Source: a virus. From it: DNA of 64,000 nucleotides. Both the position numbers and the translations under genes were made by a program. The first letter of the stretch is position 1. Every line of letters starts with the position of its first letter. Below the pieces are notes generated by a model. That model did no database searches and had not been told where the DNA came from. It worked only from the letters and a program-made list of their open reading frames with translations. Location: the IMG/VR virus record IMGVR_UViG_3300014152_000001, positions 41,749-105,748 of that record; one strand, 5' to 3'. Below are positions 30,011 through 39,507 of the stretch, in pieces.

Positions 30011-30405
30011 ACTTTCTTTTCCACCTTCAAAAGAGACTCTAGTTGGTTACGTTTGTAGTTTGATTTTATAAAAGGTAACAAGAGATGTGCAACGTAAAGG
30101 GCTTTCCGTGCACTATACGATACCTTGTAGATTGGATTACAGTTCGGCTTCTTTGGAAAATAGGGCGGAGATACTCTTCCAAACCCAATAATCCTCACAA
30201 CTTCATCTAACATATCCTTTTGTGTATTAGTAATGGACAATTGAGGTGCTTTTTGTCCTCGTTTACTTCCAGTGCTCCACATTCCGGCAGAACCTTCTCC
30301 TTCAAAGATGCCTGCTACCCAAGCCACTTCTTCGCTAGGTCTAATTCTTTCCAATTGTCCTGCTTTTGCCCACCCACTATTGCCTTTCCAACCCATTTCA
30401 ATCAC
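30007..30405 (-). CDS. LAGLIDADG homing endonuclease-like protein (single motif)
   Basis: AWVAGIFEGEGS...LSITNT....L...IGFG.V...LLPF. Confidence 0.85.
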   Translation of the reverse strand: MIEMGWKGNSGWAKAGQLERIRPSEEVAWVAGIFEGEGSAGMWSTGSKRGQKAPQLSITNTQKDMLDEVVRIIGFGRVSPPYFPKKPNCNPIYKVSYSARKALYVAHLLLPFIKSNYKRNQLESLLKVEKKV

Positions 30406-30427
30406 CTACCCCTAGTATCTAGGCTAC

Positions 30428-30763
30428 TTAAGGATTATCCTTAAGAGGGCTGAGTTGGGCTTCCAAACCGTCAATTATGGGCCTATAACCCTCTAATTTG
30501 GCCCTTAGAGCCGTATCCTTCCTACTCTCAGCCATACTTAGTCCCATAGTAATCATGCTCCTTACGAACCTGATTCCATCCTTAGCCTTCTGTGTCTCAT
30601 CGCTGTCCACAGCCACCTTAATAGAGGCAATCATGTCTAAGATTATGGCAAACGGGTCTGTAAGTTGCTGTGGTTGGAGCTTGGGTTCGTCTCCTGTTGA
30701 CTCTGGATTGATTCCCTCGTCTTCAAGGAGTTCGGCCTTATAGCGAGGATTGTCGTTGCTCAT
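30428..30763 (-). CDS. hypothetical helical protein
   Basis: ORF. Confidence 0.5.
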   Translation of the reverse strand: MSNDNPRYKAELLEDEGINPESTGDEPKLQPQQLTDPFAIILDMIASIKVAVDSDETQKAKDGIRFVRSMITMGLSMAESRKDTALRAKLEGYRPIIDGLEAQLSPLKDNP

Positions 30764-30973
30764 GCGAAGAACACCAAGATGAGACCAAGGACCATCCTAA
30801 GGAACCTACCGAACTGCCAGTATAGGTTGTCCTTCACTCCACCACCCCATACATACCAGTAGAATAGGTTGGCCCCGCCTTCGATAGCGAAGAAGACTCC
30901 TACAAGTTCTGTCCATAGCATACCTACCCCTATGGCGACAACCTTTATAAGTGTTCTATACCATAGGTTGCGT

Positions 30974-31165
30974 ATGGCACTGGCAAATCAGAAGGAGTTG
31001 GCAAAGGTCAAAGGAACCGTAGAGTATAAGGCAGGCACAACCGTAGTGGCTTTCAATGCCACCATCACCGTCCAATTGGATGAGCCAGAACGACAGAAGA
31101 TTCTAGACGCTCTTACTGGAGCCTTTCGTAAGGTCGCTGACGAACTGGGACTTAAGGTTGCATGA
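30974..31165 (+). CDS. small protein with MALANQKEL N-terminus
   Basis: TATA box at about 30944-30950; shared N-terminal motif. Confidence 0.6.
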   Translation: MALANQKELAKVKGTVEYKAGTTVVAFNATITVQLDEPERQKILDALTGAFRKVADELGLKVA

Positions 31166-31334
31166 AGGATATGCACTGGTATTCTGTCTCCTTATTTATC
31201 TTCGCTGTGGGTCTGCTGTGTCGAGTTCAAAGTAACGAACCTCGGCCCATACCGTGCTGTATCTTTGCCATCCCTTGGCTCATTGCTTACGCTCTAGGCT
31301 TCGGTCTCCTTGTTCGCTACGTTCAACGAAGTAA

Positions 31335-31451
31335 TCAAGTGCAACGACTGTAGCCGCATTCACGACAATATTCACAGCCGTTGTCATGAACCAAAGCATA
31401 AACGTTACATTCGGGACACTCCTCTCCTATTGGAGTTTCAATTTTTGACAT
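31335..31451 (-). CDS. 38-aa Zn-ribbon peptide resembling the C-terminal tail of class II ribonucleotide reductase
   Basis: MSKIETPIGEECPECNVYALVHDNGCEYCRECGYSRCT. Confidence 0.55.
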   Translation of the reverse strand: MSKIETPIGEECPECNVYALVHDNGCEYCRECGYSRCT

Positions 31452-31541
31452 TGGTAGGACATCTCTAGATAAGAGACCTAATAAGTCTTTTCCTTTACCA
31501 AGTGTTCAAATCCTTAAATAACCTAACCTACATACTATATT

Positions 31542-32087
31542 GTGAGCAATACCCAAAACGCCAAGCGCATTATTGACGAAGGCGAAAAGGTGGGCGTTCA
31601 ACTTAGACTCTTCGGTGGTGTGGCTTTCAAGTTGCTTTGTCCCAGTGCCCTTCAGTCGCCCTTCTACAGAACGAACAGTGACATCGACCTCATGGCGAAG
31701 AGGGAGAACAGCAAGAAGATAGACGAACTTCTCAGGTCACTAGATTACAAGCCGAGAGAGATATTCAACAAACTCAACATAGGAGAGCGTTACATCTACA
31801 CTGGCGAGACCAAGATTGACATCTTCTTCGATAAGTTCAGGATGTGCCACACCTTCGACTTCAGAGACAGCCTGCTACCGGGGGTATATACCCTACCCCT
31901 CACCGACCTTATCCTTACCAAGTTGCAGGTGATAGAGATTGCTGAGAACGAGTATAAGGACTTGGGAGCCGCCTTCTCCAACTGTTCTCTCATGGCTCTA
32001 GTTTCAGATGCTCTTGTTAAATATTCGATTGCCTTCTTTAATGTCTCTTTGTTCTCATGTGCCATTCCAAGCATAGTATTACATTGA
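31542..32087 (+). pseudogene. host-like nucleotidyltransferase-fold protein, truncated near 31995 by an endonuclease insertion
   Basis: RLFGGVA...SDIDL...KIDIFFD...DLILTKLQ..E..E.KDL; the remainder of the ORF is antisense to the endonuclease VII gene. Confidence 0.65.
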
Positions 32088-32332
32088 CTACATAGCACTC
32101 CTCTTACTCTTCCAGTCTTTGAATCATGGTCAATGTGCTTGTTCTTTCCTTGGGTATGCTTTCCACAAATCTCGCACTCATCAGTGGACTCGTAGGTGAC
32201 TTGGGCTTGGTCGGGATTCATACCTGCTTTTTTCCAACGGTTTCTACGAAGAATCAATTTGGTTCTCTCAGGATGGTCTATCTGCCATTTTCGTGCTCTT
32301 TCAATACTACGTCTCTTATCCTTATCTGGCAT
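31796..32332 (-). CDS. endonuclease VII-family homing endonuclease
   Basis: CEICG...HIDHDSKTGRVRGVLCSQCNTMLG...L.KAIEYL; C-terminus reads into the antisense of the neighbouring gene. Confidence 0.85.
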   Translation of the reverse strand: MPDKDKRRSIERARKWQIDHPERTKLILRRNRWKKAGMNPDQAQVTYESTDECEICGKHTQGKNKHIDHDSKTGRVRGVLCSQCNTMLGMAHENKETLKKAIEYLTRASETRAMREQLEKAAPKSLYSFSAISITCNLVRIRSVRGRVYTPGSRLSLKSKVWHILNLSKKMSILVSPV

Positions 32333-32443
32333 AGTTAGAAAGGTAGGATTATCCACTACTTAAGGATTATCCTAAGGCATCTTCTTATGTGCAGACACTA
32401 GCGTAAGTAGCCTTCATCTAATAGGGGTAGGAGCAACTAATAC

Positions 32444-32842
32444 TCATATGAGTGTCCAGAGAGGGGTATTCCATGTTATTGTATGACCAGTTGGACCGAA
32501 CTTCTTCTCAAGGTAAAGTTTGGCGTTGCAGATTCGACACGCTATCTCTATGTCTGAGAGGTCTACTCTGCCTTCTACAATACGAAGGGCCAGATTTCTG
32601 TTATGGTCTCCGCCTCTTTCCATGTGAGTAGTATGGAGATGGCTGAACTCTAGAAAGTCCACAACATTGCATCCGCAATGGACGCACTTCGGAACCTCAG
32701 AACCAGTCAACTTGGCCAAGCCGCCTGCCATAACTATTTGCATCGCCTTCAGTTTGTTCTTTCGATACTTATCACTATTGTAGGTCTTCTCTTCTGGAGT
32801 AGAGGGTCGTAAAGCGGCTACTCCCTTCTTTGGTCGTCCCAT
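32444..32842 (-). CDS. HNH-family endonuclease
   Basis: CVHCG....FLEFSH...IACRICN. Confidence 0.65.
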   Translation of the reverse strand: MGRPKKGVAALRPSTPEEKTYNSDKYRKNKLKAMQIVMAGGLAKLTGSEVPKCVHCGCNVVDFLEFSHLHTTHMERGGDHNRNLALRIVEGRVDLSDIEIACRICNAKLYLEKKFGPTGHTITWNTPLWTLI

Positions 32843-32980
32843 ACCAGTCTAGTGGTAAGGGGGCTTAATAAATGTTCATCTTTTCCATGTGCAGACGTTT
32901 GTGTAGGTAGGCTTAATAGGATTCCTATGTGCACGAACTTGGTGCGTTTGTGCTTTGCTATCCCACCGGGACTCCCTACC

Positions 32981-33180
32981 CCTTATAAGGCACTCCACAT
33001 TTAACAATCCTTACTGCCTATATAAAGTTTGCAGTGGAAACATTGGTTGCCTATATAAAGACTTGCGACTACCTTTATATAGACCATCTGGATGGGGCTT
33101 GCCGCGGGGCGCAAATGCAAACGGTGGCTTTATAAGGCCCACCTAGAGGGGATACTGGAAGTGAGGTTGCCTATATAAAG
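32981..33180. promoter_or_regulatory. cluster of six TATA-like boxes, including exact repeat GGTTGCCTATATAAAG (33045-33060 and 33165-33180)
   Basis: Repeats read directly; no credible ORF. Confidence 0.6.
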
Positions 33181-33202
33181 GTGTCTGGGCGGCAGGGTGC
33201 TT

Positions 33203-33562
33203 CTATTGGAAACGCTCATTTACAATTTGCTCTGCCTTTGCTTTTTTGACAATGAGATAGGGAAGCATAGCAATTAGTATACGTTTTATATCTCCTCGAC
33301 TGTAAATTGTCAATTGATGCACAACTTTCCATTGTGGTTTCCAATCTTTTCTAATTGGTGAAGTGATATAACCTGCTCCTACAAATTCTTTGATAGTTTC
33401 TAGCACTTCTTTATTAGTAATGGACATATTGAGCCGAACATATCCCTTTTCTGTGCCTTTATAGTAGTTTGGATGAGAGTAGTTTGACTGAGCGATATAT
33501 ATGCTTCCTTCACCGTCAAAGAACCCCGAAACATATTGCCAAGATATAGGTGTGTTTGCCAT
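33203..33562 (-). CDS. LAGLIDADG homing endonuclease-like protein
   Basis: WQYVSGFFDGEGSI...SITN..VL..I....G.G...MLPYLIVK; promoter at about 33583-33598. Confidence 0.85.
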   Translation of the reverse strand: MANTPISWQYVSGFFDGEGSIYIAQSNYSHPNYYKGTEKGYVRLNMSITNKEVLETIKEFVGAGYITSPIRKDWKPQWKVVHQLTIYSRGDIKRILIAMLPYLIVKKAKAEQIVNERFQ

Positions 33563-33819
33563 ATCCACTGAATACACTGCATCCTATATAAAGATTCTAG
33601 CATAGCGGCCTCACGAACCTCATAAGTCTTCCACTGCAAACTTACTGAGGCGCACTGGAAACGGGGCCGCAACAGCGGGCAATATGGCAGATGCTTCTAT
33701 GCTCTTGTCTTATGTTGTGCAGGTGTTTCCATATAGAATAGAGGAGAGATAGTAAGACTACTACATGAGAGTGTCATCCCTACCCTTACCACATTACCGC
33801 AGTTGATAAGAATGCACGA

Positions 33820-34368
33820 TTATGAGGTTCTTGGGGCTTGCTCTGTCGCGACCTGCAAGAACTTCAAACCTTTATCCAGTCCTACTCTACTCTGTTTGCA
33901 CTTCGTTTCCAGTGGAAGCATTGGTAAAGTTGGGGCTGTGGGCTGAGATTGAACTGGATTAGAGGAAAGGGACTGAGGGGAAGAGGGATGGCCCTTAAAC
34001 TCATGGTTTTCATACATCTTTATCCTGTTGCAGTTGAAACAGAGGGTTTGATAGCCAACGGGGAAGCCATGACGCTTTAGCCATCTATAGATGGCCTTGC
34101 CTCTCGTCTTCTTGTCGCCACGCCTCTGTTCATTCCCATTTCCATTAATATGGTCAGCAAGAAGGCAACGATGGTCAGCACAGCCACATTTGACGCAAGC
34201 CAACCTACCATTACCGTAATAGGCCAACACTTCTAGTTTGAGGGCTAAGTCTCGTCTCTTTACGCCTTCAGAGAAACAACTTTTACATATGCGGTCTGAG
34301 CATTTCATACGGGAGCCTGCCCAAGTCTCAGGAGTCAATTCAGTCCCACAATCACGACAGAAAGGCAT
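33820..34368 (-). CDS. HNH-family endonuclease
   Basis: CRDCG, CKSC, CVKCG...DHING.G...GYQTLCFNCN. Confidence 0.8.
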   Translation of the reverse strand: MPFCRDCGTELTPETWAGSRMKCSDRICKSCFSEGVKRRDLALKLEVLAYYGNGRLACVKCGCADHRCLLADHINGNGNEQRRGDKKTRGKAIYRWLKRHGFPVGYQTLCFNCNRIKMYENHEFKGHPSSPQSLSSNPVQSQPTAPTLPMLPLETKCKQSRVGLDKGLKFLQVATEQAPRTS

Positions 34369-34492
34369 ATCTTCCTCTCTTATACGGTGGGTTGTGTTAT
34401 ATAAAGGTTCTCGTCTTCTAGAGGCTAGAGCAAGCCAATCTTCTGGATTCTGGCAAGAAAACCTATAGGGTATACCGTATACCTACACACCA

Positions 34493-35916
34493 ATGACTAA
34501 CATAATCCCAAAGGGAAGTAAGAGAGAACGACAAACCGCAATCGAGACAGCCCTAGCTTTTGATAAGGGCGTGTCGCGTGTATGGGTAGACGAAGGCGCA
34601 GACTATGCCATAATCCACAAGAAGAGCGAGATGGGGTATTATACCCTCTTCGGACTGAGCGCAGTCGGCCTTAAGGCAATGGCCGCACTAGGCTGGACTT
34701 ACCTAGACTCCACCGTTATGTGGACAGAGGAAGCGACAGACCTAGAAATGTGCCAGCACTTCGGGAGGGCGACCTAGACATGGCGACTCCCCACATTTTC
34801 GTGGCCGTTCAAGAACTCGGCATTCACATCGGAGACTTCCCGACTGTCAGACGGGAGATAATCGTGGATGTCGGCAACGCCAAGTCCTTCGCAGACGCGG
34901 AGACGAAGGCCAAGCAACGGGTCGCAAAGAAGTTCAAAACAAACGTGGTATGTCTCCAAGTCACAGAGGTCAGGAGCGAATAGACTTGGCTCTTCACTTC
35001 GACAAACGCGGGATGTATAAGGGAATCAATCCACTGGCATCAGCACTCCCCATAATCACAGACCCAAGCCAATCCGCAACCGAAACCCAAACCTTTCAAG
35101 CCTTAAGGGAGAACGTGAACAGCATCCGATTCAAAGGAATCAAGTTCGTTCAATACAAACCTAAGAAGGTCAAGACTTTCACGCCCAAGATTGAGCGCAA
35201 GACAGAGGATTCTTAGCATGAACCCCGCAAAAACCAATCGCCACCTTTATCTAGGTCGCGGAGAGAGCAGAGCCATGAGCAAAATTAAGACGAATCAAAA
35301 AGTGCTAGTGGACAATTTCAGTGACTCAGACCTTCAAGTCAGAGTCTCAACGGATAAGAAGGGAAGCGTCCTAGTAGTTTCCCTTTACTCCACCAAAATA
35401 GGCCAAGTCGGGAGTCACACAACCGTAAAGGACGCGATGAAAGGCGAGAGATACTTCCCCGTTCCCTTCGACATTTCGGAGTCTGACTGAATTGCCTCAC
35501 TTCTACCAGAACCTAGTTAATGAGACATTAGGCGAGACCGTTCCAGAAAAGGACGCGAATGAAATTCTGGACATAGTTAGGCAAGACATCTTCCACTCAA
35601 CCTTAGACTGGCAGACTAAGGCCATGTTGCAAAGAGGCATTCGACAAGCATACGAAATCTACCTTTATCTTGAGGCAGAGACATCACCACCTTATCCCGA
35701 ATATGTGAGGGAGACTTAGACTTGCCCAAATTCTTGTCTATCTTGGGAGCGAGTTACAGATACATTGAGGAAACACAGTTAAGGGGTAAGGACATGATAG
35801 GGGCTAAGATAGTGGACTTATCGGGTGACTTCTTTATCTTGGAACTGAACGGGAGATATTATTCGACTCCTTACGACAACCACAACCCAATTTCACTAAG
35901 GGAACGGAGCGAATAG
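34493..35916 (+). other. run of small putative early genes (34493-34777, 34780-34983, 34986-35216, 35275-35490, 35492-35719, 35722-35916)
   Basis: Tightly packed co-oriented ORFs, several joined by TAG-AC-(A/T)TG; start of a roughly 22-kb plus-strand block. Confidence 0.55.
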
Positions 35917-36383
35917 ACTTGGACAAAATCCTAGAGTTCCACCTGAAGATAGAGAAATTGGATAAGGCCATAGTCTACCAGCCCGAAGGAAGGATAAGCA
36001 TCTTCTCAACTCCGAAAATCCTAGACATCTTGACGGATAAGGTTCTAGTCACACCCCACGAAGTTAAACAACTTATGAGGCGACTTACGGCATGAATCCC
36101 TATTACACATTACTTAGGAAACCGATTGCCATCTACATTCTAACCGACTTCCATAAGGGCATTGTGATTTACTATGGCAATGGATTTATGAAAGGGATAG
36201 AGATTTGTCTTCATGGCATCCGAAGGTTTGAGGTAAGCGACCCATGAGACTCCCTGATTTGCCAGTGAATTATATACTTGAAGAGATAGCGGAGACGAAG
36301 TTAGGACTCACCTTCAAGCAAGTAAAGAAGGGAGAAGAGGACGACTTCAAGAACGCAAGCCAAGCACTTCGCAACTATGAAGA

Positions 36384-37520
36384 TTGGGTGATTTTGGCGT
36401 GAGTCACACCAATCCCTTCATGACACTGGATTCATTCCTAGACTGTGACTGTGTGCAACCTAACCAGAGCCAGAGCCACCCGACTGAGAGAGAGGGCTGG
36501 ATTATAGACAAGAGCCAGAGAACCCATGAAGACTTCACAGAGTATCTGACCAGTCACCTAGTTGTCTGCCTAGAAATGGAACTGAATTACAAGACAGGGA
36601 TTAGAAGTTCTCTCATTGACTCGGTTGCCGTAGACGAGTTCGGGGTTTCTACCGATTGGATGTCGGCCTGTCCAGTGTGTGGTTTTGACGGTTGCACAAG
36701 TCACGACCCACCGAAGACCATTCGCAAGATAAAGTGCGACCCAACGATAAGAGGGAAGGAAATACTAATTTGGGGAAGTCCGATTCCAAGTGAAGAGTTT
36801 GTGCGGAGACTTCCATTAGAGAACATTAAGAAGTATTTTGTCCCTAGACCACAGGATTCACTCCACACCCACACTCTAATTCCGCAACAGCAAAGGAGTA
36901 TTCCGATTCAGATAGCACAGAACGCATGGGAGTTTTTCAGGGCATATTATCCCGCGTGGGTTCACATCTTCGGCAACTACAGACGACACTACCTTAGAAG
37001 TTGGTGGGCGCAATTCCGGTCTTACGAAACCAACCTTCTCGATTTAGACAACTGGCCGGAAGTGTCTCAAAAGTTTCAGGGTGGACTTCACTTTGAAAAT
37101 TGCAGTCGAGACAACTTCGGAGACATCACACATTTCGATGCAGAAATTCGCACACAGGATGCCAGCACAGACCTAGAGCAAGTGGTTTCAGCCAGAGCAT
37201 TGAGTAAGGCCATCTTCTTGAAGTCTGCACAACTAGCAACTGAGGGAGTTATCGAGATGCCCGTAAAGAAGAAGGCGATAATTCTTCCACTAATAGAGGA
37301 ACTTAACAGAGGGTGTGTGAATCACCGAAGGCCAGACTTTTACGGCCACACAAAACAGTCGTTTGACCTCACCCTAGAAGAGAGGCACGGTTCATTCATG
37401 AGAGGACTGGCCGAAGAGTTCTTTAGCCAAGTCAAACCCTTTCTCTCGGAGTTTGAGGCAAGATGTGTGACTAATTGCATTGTTAATCCTATTCGACATA
37501 GAAGGCCAAAGTTCGCATGA
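36384..37520 (+). CDS. putative amidoligase (COOH-NH2 ligase, GS/GCS-like fold), paralog 1
   Basis: LEMELN, DPTI.G.E, SLHTH, DAEIR; CPVCG..C..H insert. Confidence 0.65.
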   Translation: MGDFGVSHTNPFMTLDSFLDCDCVQPNQSQSHPTEREGWIIDKSQRTHEDFTEYLTSHLVVCLEMELNYKTGIRSSLIDSVAVDEFGVSTDWMSACPVCGFDGCTSHDPPKTIRKIKCDPTIRGKEILIWGSPIPSEEFVRRLPLENIKKYFVPRPQDSLHTHTLIPQQQRSIPIQIAQNAWEFFRAYYPAWVHIFGNYRRHYLRSWWAQFRSYETNLLDLDNWPEVSQKFQGGLHFENCSRDNFGDITHFDAEIRTQDASTDLEQVVSARALSKAIFLKSAQLATEGVIEMPVKKKAIILPLIEELNRGCVNHRRPDFYGHTKQSFDLTLEERHGSFMRGLAEEFFSQVKPFLSEFEARCVTNCIVNPIRHRRPKFA

Positions 37521-37573
37521 AACCCGCAACTTCTCATCACTACCCTTTTATACTTCGCGGAGAAGGCAGACCT

Positions 37574-37819
37574 ATGAGTAAACGCAAACCGAGTCAGTCG
37601 ATGCCTCTAAAGGTCAAGAACGAAGGTCGAGTCTTCGCCATCACCCTAGCGGTCAGCAAGAATCGGATGATTGACTTGATAAAGGGCGAAGGGGTAGCAA
37701 TGGGCATTATCTCGGTGAGACGCATAACGGAAGACGAAAAGGACGCACTTGTTTCAGCAAAAGAAGACGAAGAGTTCACAATAACAAACGCTCAAGACTT
37801 CAACGGGGTTATGGAGTAA
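37574..37819 (+). CDS. hypothetical protein
   Basis: Follows a duplicated promoter block. Confidence 0.5.
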   Translation: MSKRKPSQSMPLKVKNEGRVFAITLAVSKNRMIDLIKGEGVAMGIISVRRITEDEKDALVSAKEDEEFTITNAQDFNGVME

Positions 37820-37820
37820 A

Positions 37821-39401
37821 ATGTTGCCCACCGAGACGATTGAGTTCTCGGAAGACCCGATAAGGGTAGAAGACTTACACGTTCATTCAACGAGTTCTAA
37901 TGCCAGTCAATCCGCTTGCCCCTATTGTGGAGCGAAGATTATTGGACACATTCAGCCAACCGAGCCAGACACAATAGAGCATGAGCATCGATTGATTGAC
38001 GGCCTAGAAATTTGTCGTAGACTTTACGAATGCAGTTCTCTAGGACTGACTAGCCAGTTTTACACTTATCAGGACTTAGCCAGCCTTCCCCACTGGACTA
38101 TTGCACAAGTCACACAGGGGAAGGCCGAAAAAGCAGACGACACCGAGAGGATTCAATTCGGAAGGAAGAAATTGGCCGAAAATATCAAACCCACTTGGCG
38201 ATTCAAGACTAAGTTAGCAACAGAGAACGACTTCACGGATTATCTAGCCAAGAACCTAGTGTTGGGGCTGGAATTGGAATACGACTTCATCGACCCTAAT
38301 CGCCCAACATCGGAATCTCAGATTCGCAGAGCCTTCGGGGTCAATCCTACAGAGTATCACCACGCTCCCGACTGCCCAGTTTGTGGGAGCGATATATGTT
38401 GGAATCATCTGCCCGACAATCTCATCAGAGGCATTGAAAGAGATGCTTCAATTGCGGGATGGGAGTTCTTGATTTACGGGAGTCACATTTCAAGCGAAGA
38501 GTTTGCCAAGCGTCTGCCACTGGCTAAGTTCAGAGAACACTTCATAGTCAATGAGAGAGACGGACTCCACGTTCACGCGATGCTTAAGCACGACATCCTT
38601 CGGCTTCCTTCCGTTATCGTCAAGAACCTCTGGCAACTCTTCCGCTATTACTACCCCGCTTGGGTAAACTTATTCGGCAACTATTCACAGTCTCAGGGAT
38701 TCCTAAGACATTCAACCTATTCCGGCCACGATTATGTGACGTTTACTTCATTCTCAAAGTCTCCCTTCTTGGCTCGATGGGCGCAAGACGTTAAGATGCA
38801 ACGATGTGCTCTCTACCTAAAGGAAACTCCGATTGAATGTGACGACATGGACACCTTCGATATTGAGATTCGGACTTGCGATGCTTCGATGGACTTAGAG
38901 CAGATTATCGCGGTGAGAGCAATTACTAAGGCCATGATTCTCAGAGCATCACAACTCAGCACTTTCGGCCTAGTCAGCGTTGAAACCAACGAAGAGGTCT
39001 GGAACAGGGTAAAGGACGTAGTGGGTAAAATCAATCTAAGGACTGGATTCAAGCCAGAGGACATTGAGTTCATGAACAATCACACCGTAAACATGATTAA
39101 AGAGTTCGCTCCGTTCCTCTCGGAGTTCGAGAGGACTTGCCTTAAGCATCTGATTGAGAAGCCAGTGAGAGAGCGAGAAGTTCATCCGACATCTACAGAC
39201 TTAGGCTTAGACATGAGCGAGAACGCCAAACATCTTAAGAAATTAATCGCCATCGGTGACATTGAGGCCGACAATGAAGAGGCGTGGTTCAAGAAGGTCG
39301 CCCACATAATGGGACTACAGATTGAGGAAGTCAAGACAGCACTTCGCCAACTAAAGGCTTACTTCGATGGGGAAACTCATCAGATGCTAGTGGTGGGATA
39401 G
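37821..39401 (+). CDS. putative amidoligase (COOH-NH2 ligase), paralog 2
   Basis: GLELEYD, ERDASI.GWEF, GLHVH, DIEIR motifs. Confidence 0.75.
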   Translation: MLPTETIEFSEDPIRVEDLHVHSTSSNASQSACPYCGAKIIGHIQPTEPDTIEHEHRLIDGLEICRRLYECSSLGLTSQFYTYQDLASLPHWTIAQVTQGKAEKADDTERIQFGRKKLAENIKPTWRFKTKLATENDFTDYLAKNLVLGLELEYDFIDPNRPTSESQIRRAFGVNPTEYHHAPDCPVCGSDICWNHLPDNLIRGIERDASIAGWEFLIYGSHISSEEFAKRLPLAKFREHFIVNERDGLHVHAMLKHDILRLPSVIVKNLWQLFRYYYPAWVNLFGNYSQSQGFLRHSTYSGHDYVTFTSFSKSPFLARWAQDVKMQRCALYLKETPIECDDMDTFDIEIRTCDASMDLEQIIAVRAITKAMILRASQLSTFGLVSVETNEEVWNRVKDVVGKINLRTGFKPEDIEFMNNHTVNMIKEFAPFLSEFERTCLKHLIEKPVREREVHPTSTDLGLDMSENAKHLKKLIAIGDIEADNEEAWFKKVAHIMGLQIEEVKTALRQLKAYFDGETHQMLVVG

Positions 39402-39507
39402 ATGCAAACCAAGACAGTGAACGGTTGCAAATACTGGTTCGAGTCTCATGTTCACCATATAACCGAAAAGGGCGAAGAATGCCCCAATTCACAGAGGGAT
39501 TGAGACA

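Noticed and set aside
32381-32915. Degenerate repeat of about 37 bp (ATGTGCAGAC core at about 32387 and 32887) around HNH 32444..32842 as another replaced C-terminus
   Set aside because: No credible upstream gene could be assigned; it may be decayed promoter or micro-ORF sequence.
30007-33562. LAGLIDADG ORFs as introns or inteins
   Set aside because: Both appear free-standing with their own starts; no interrupted host gene, splice structure or intein termini were seen.
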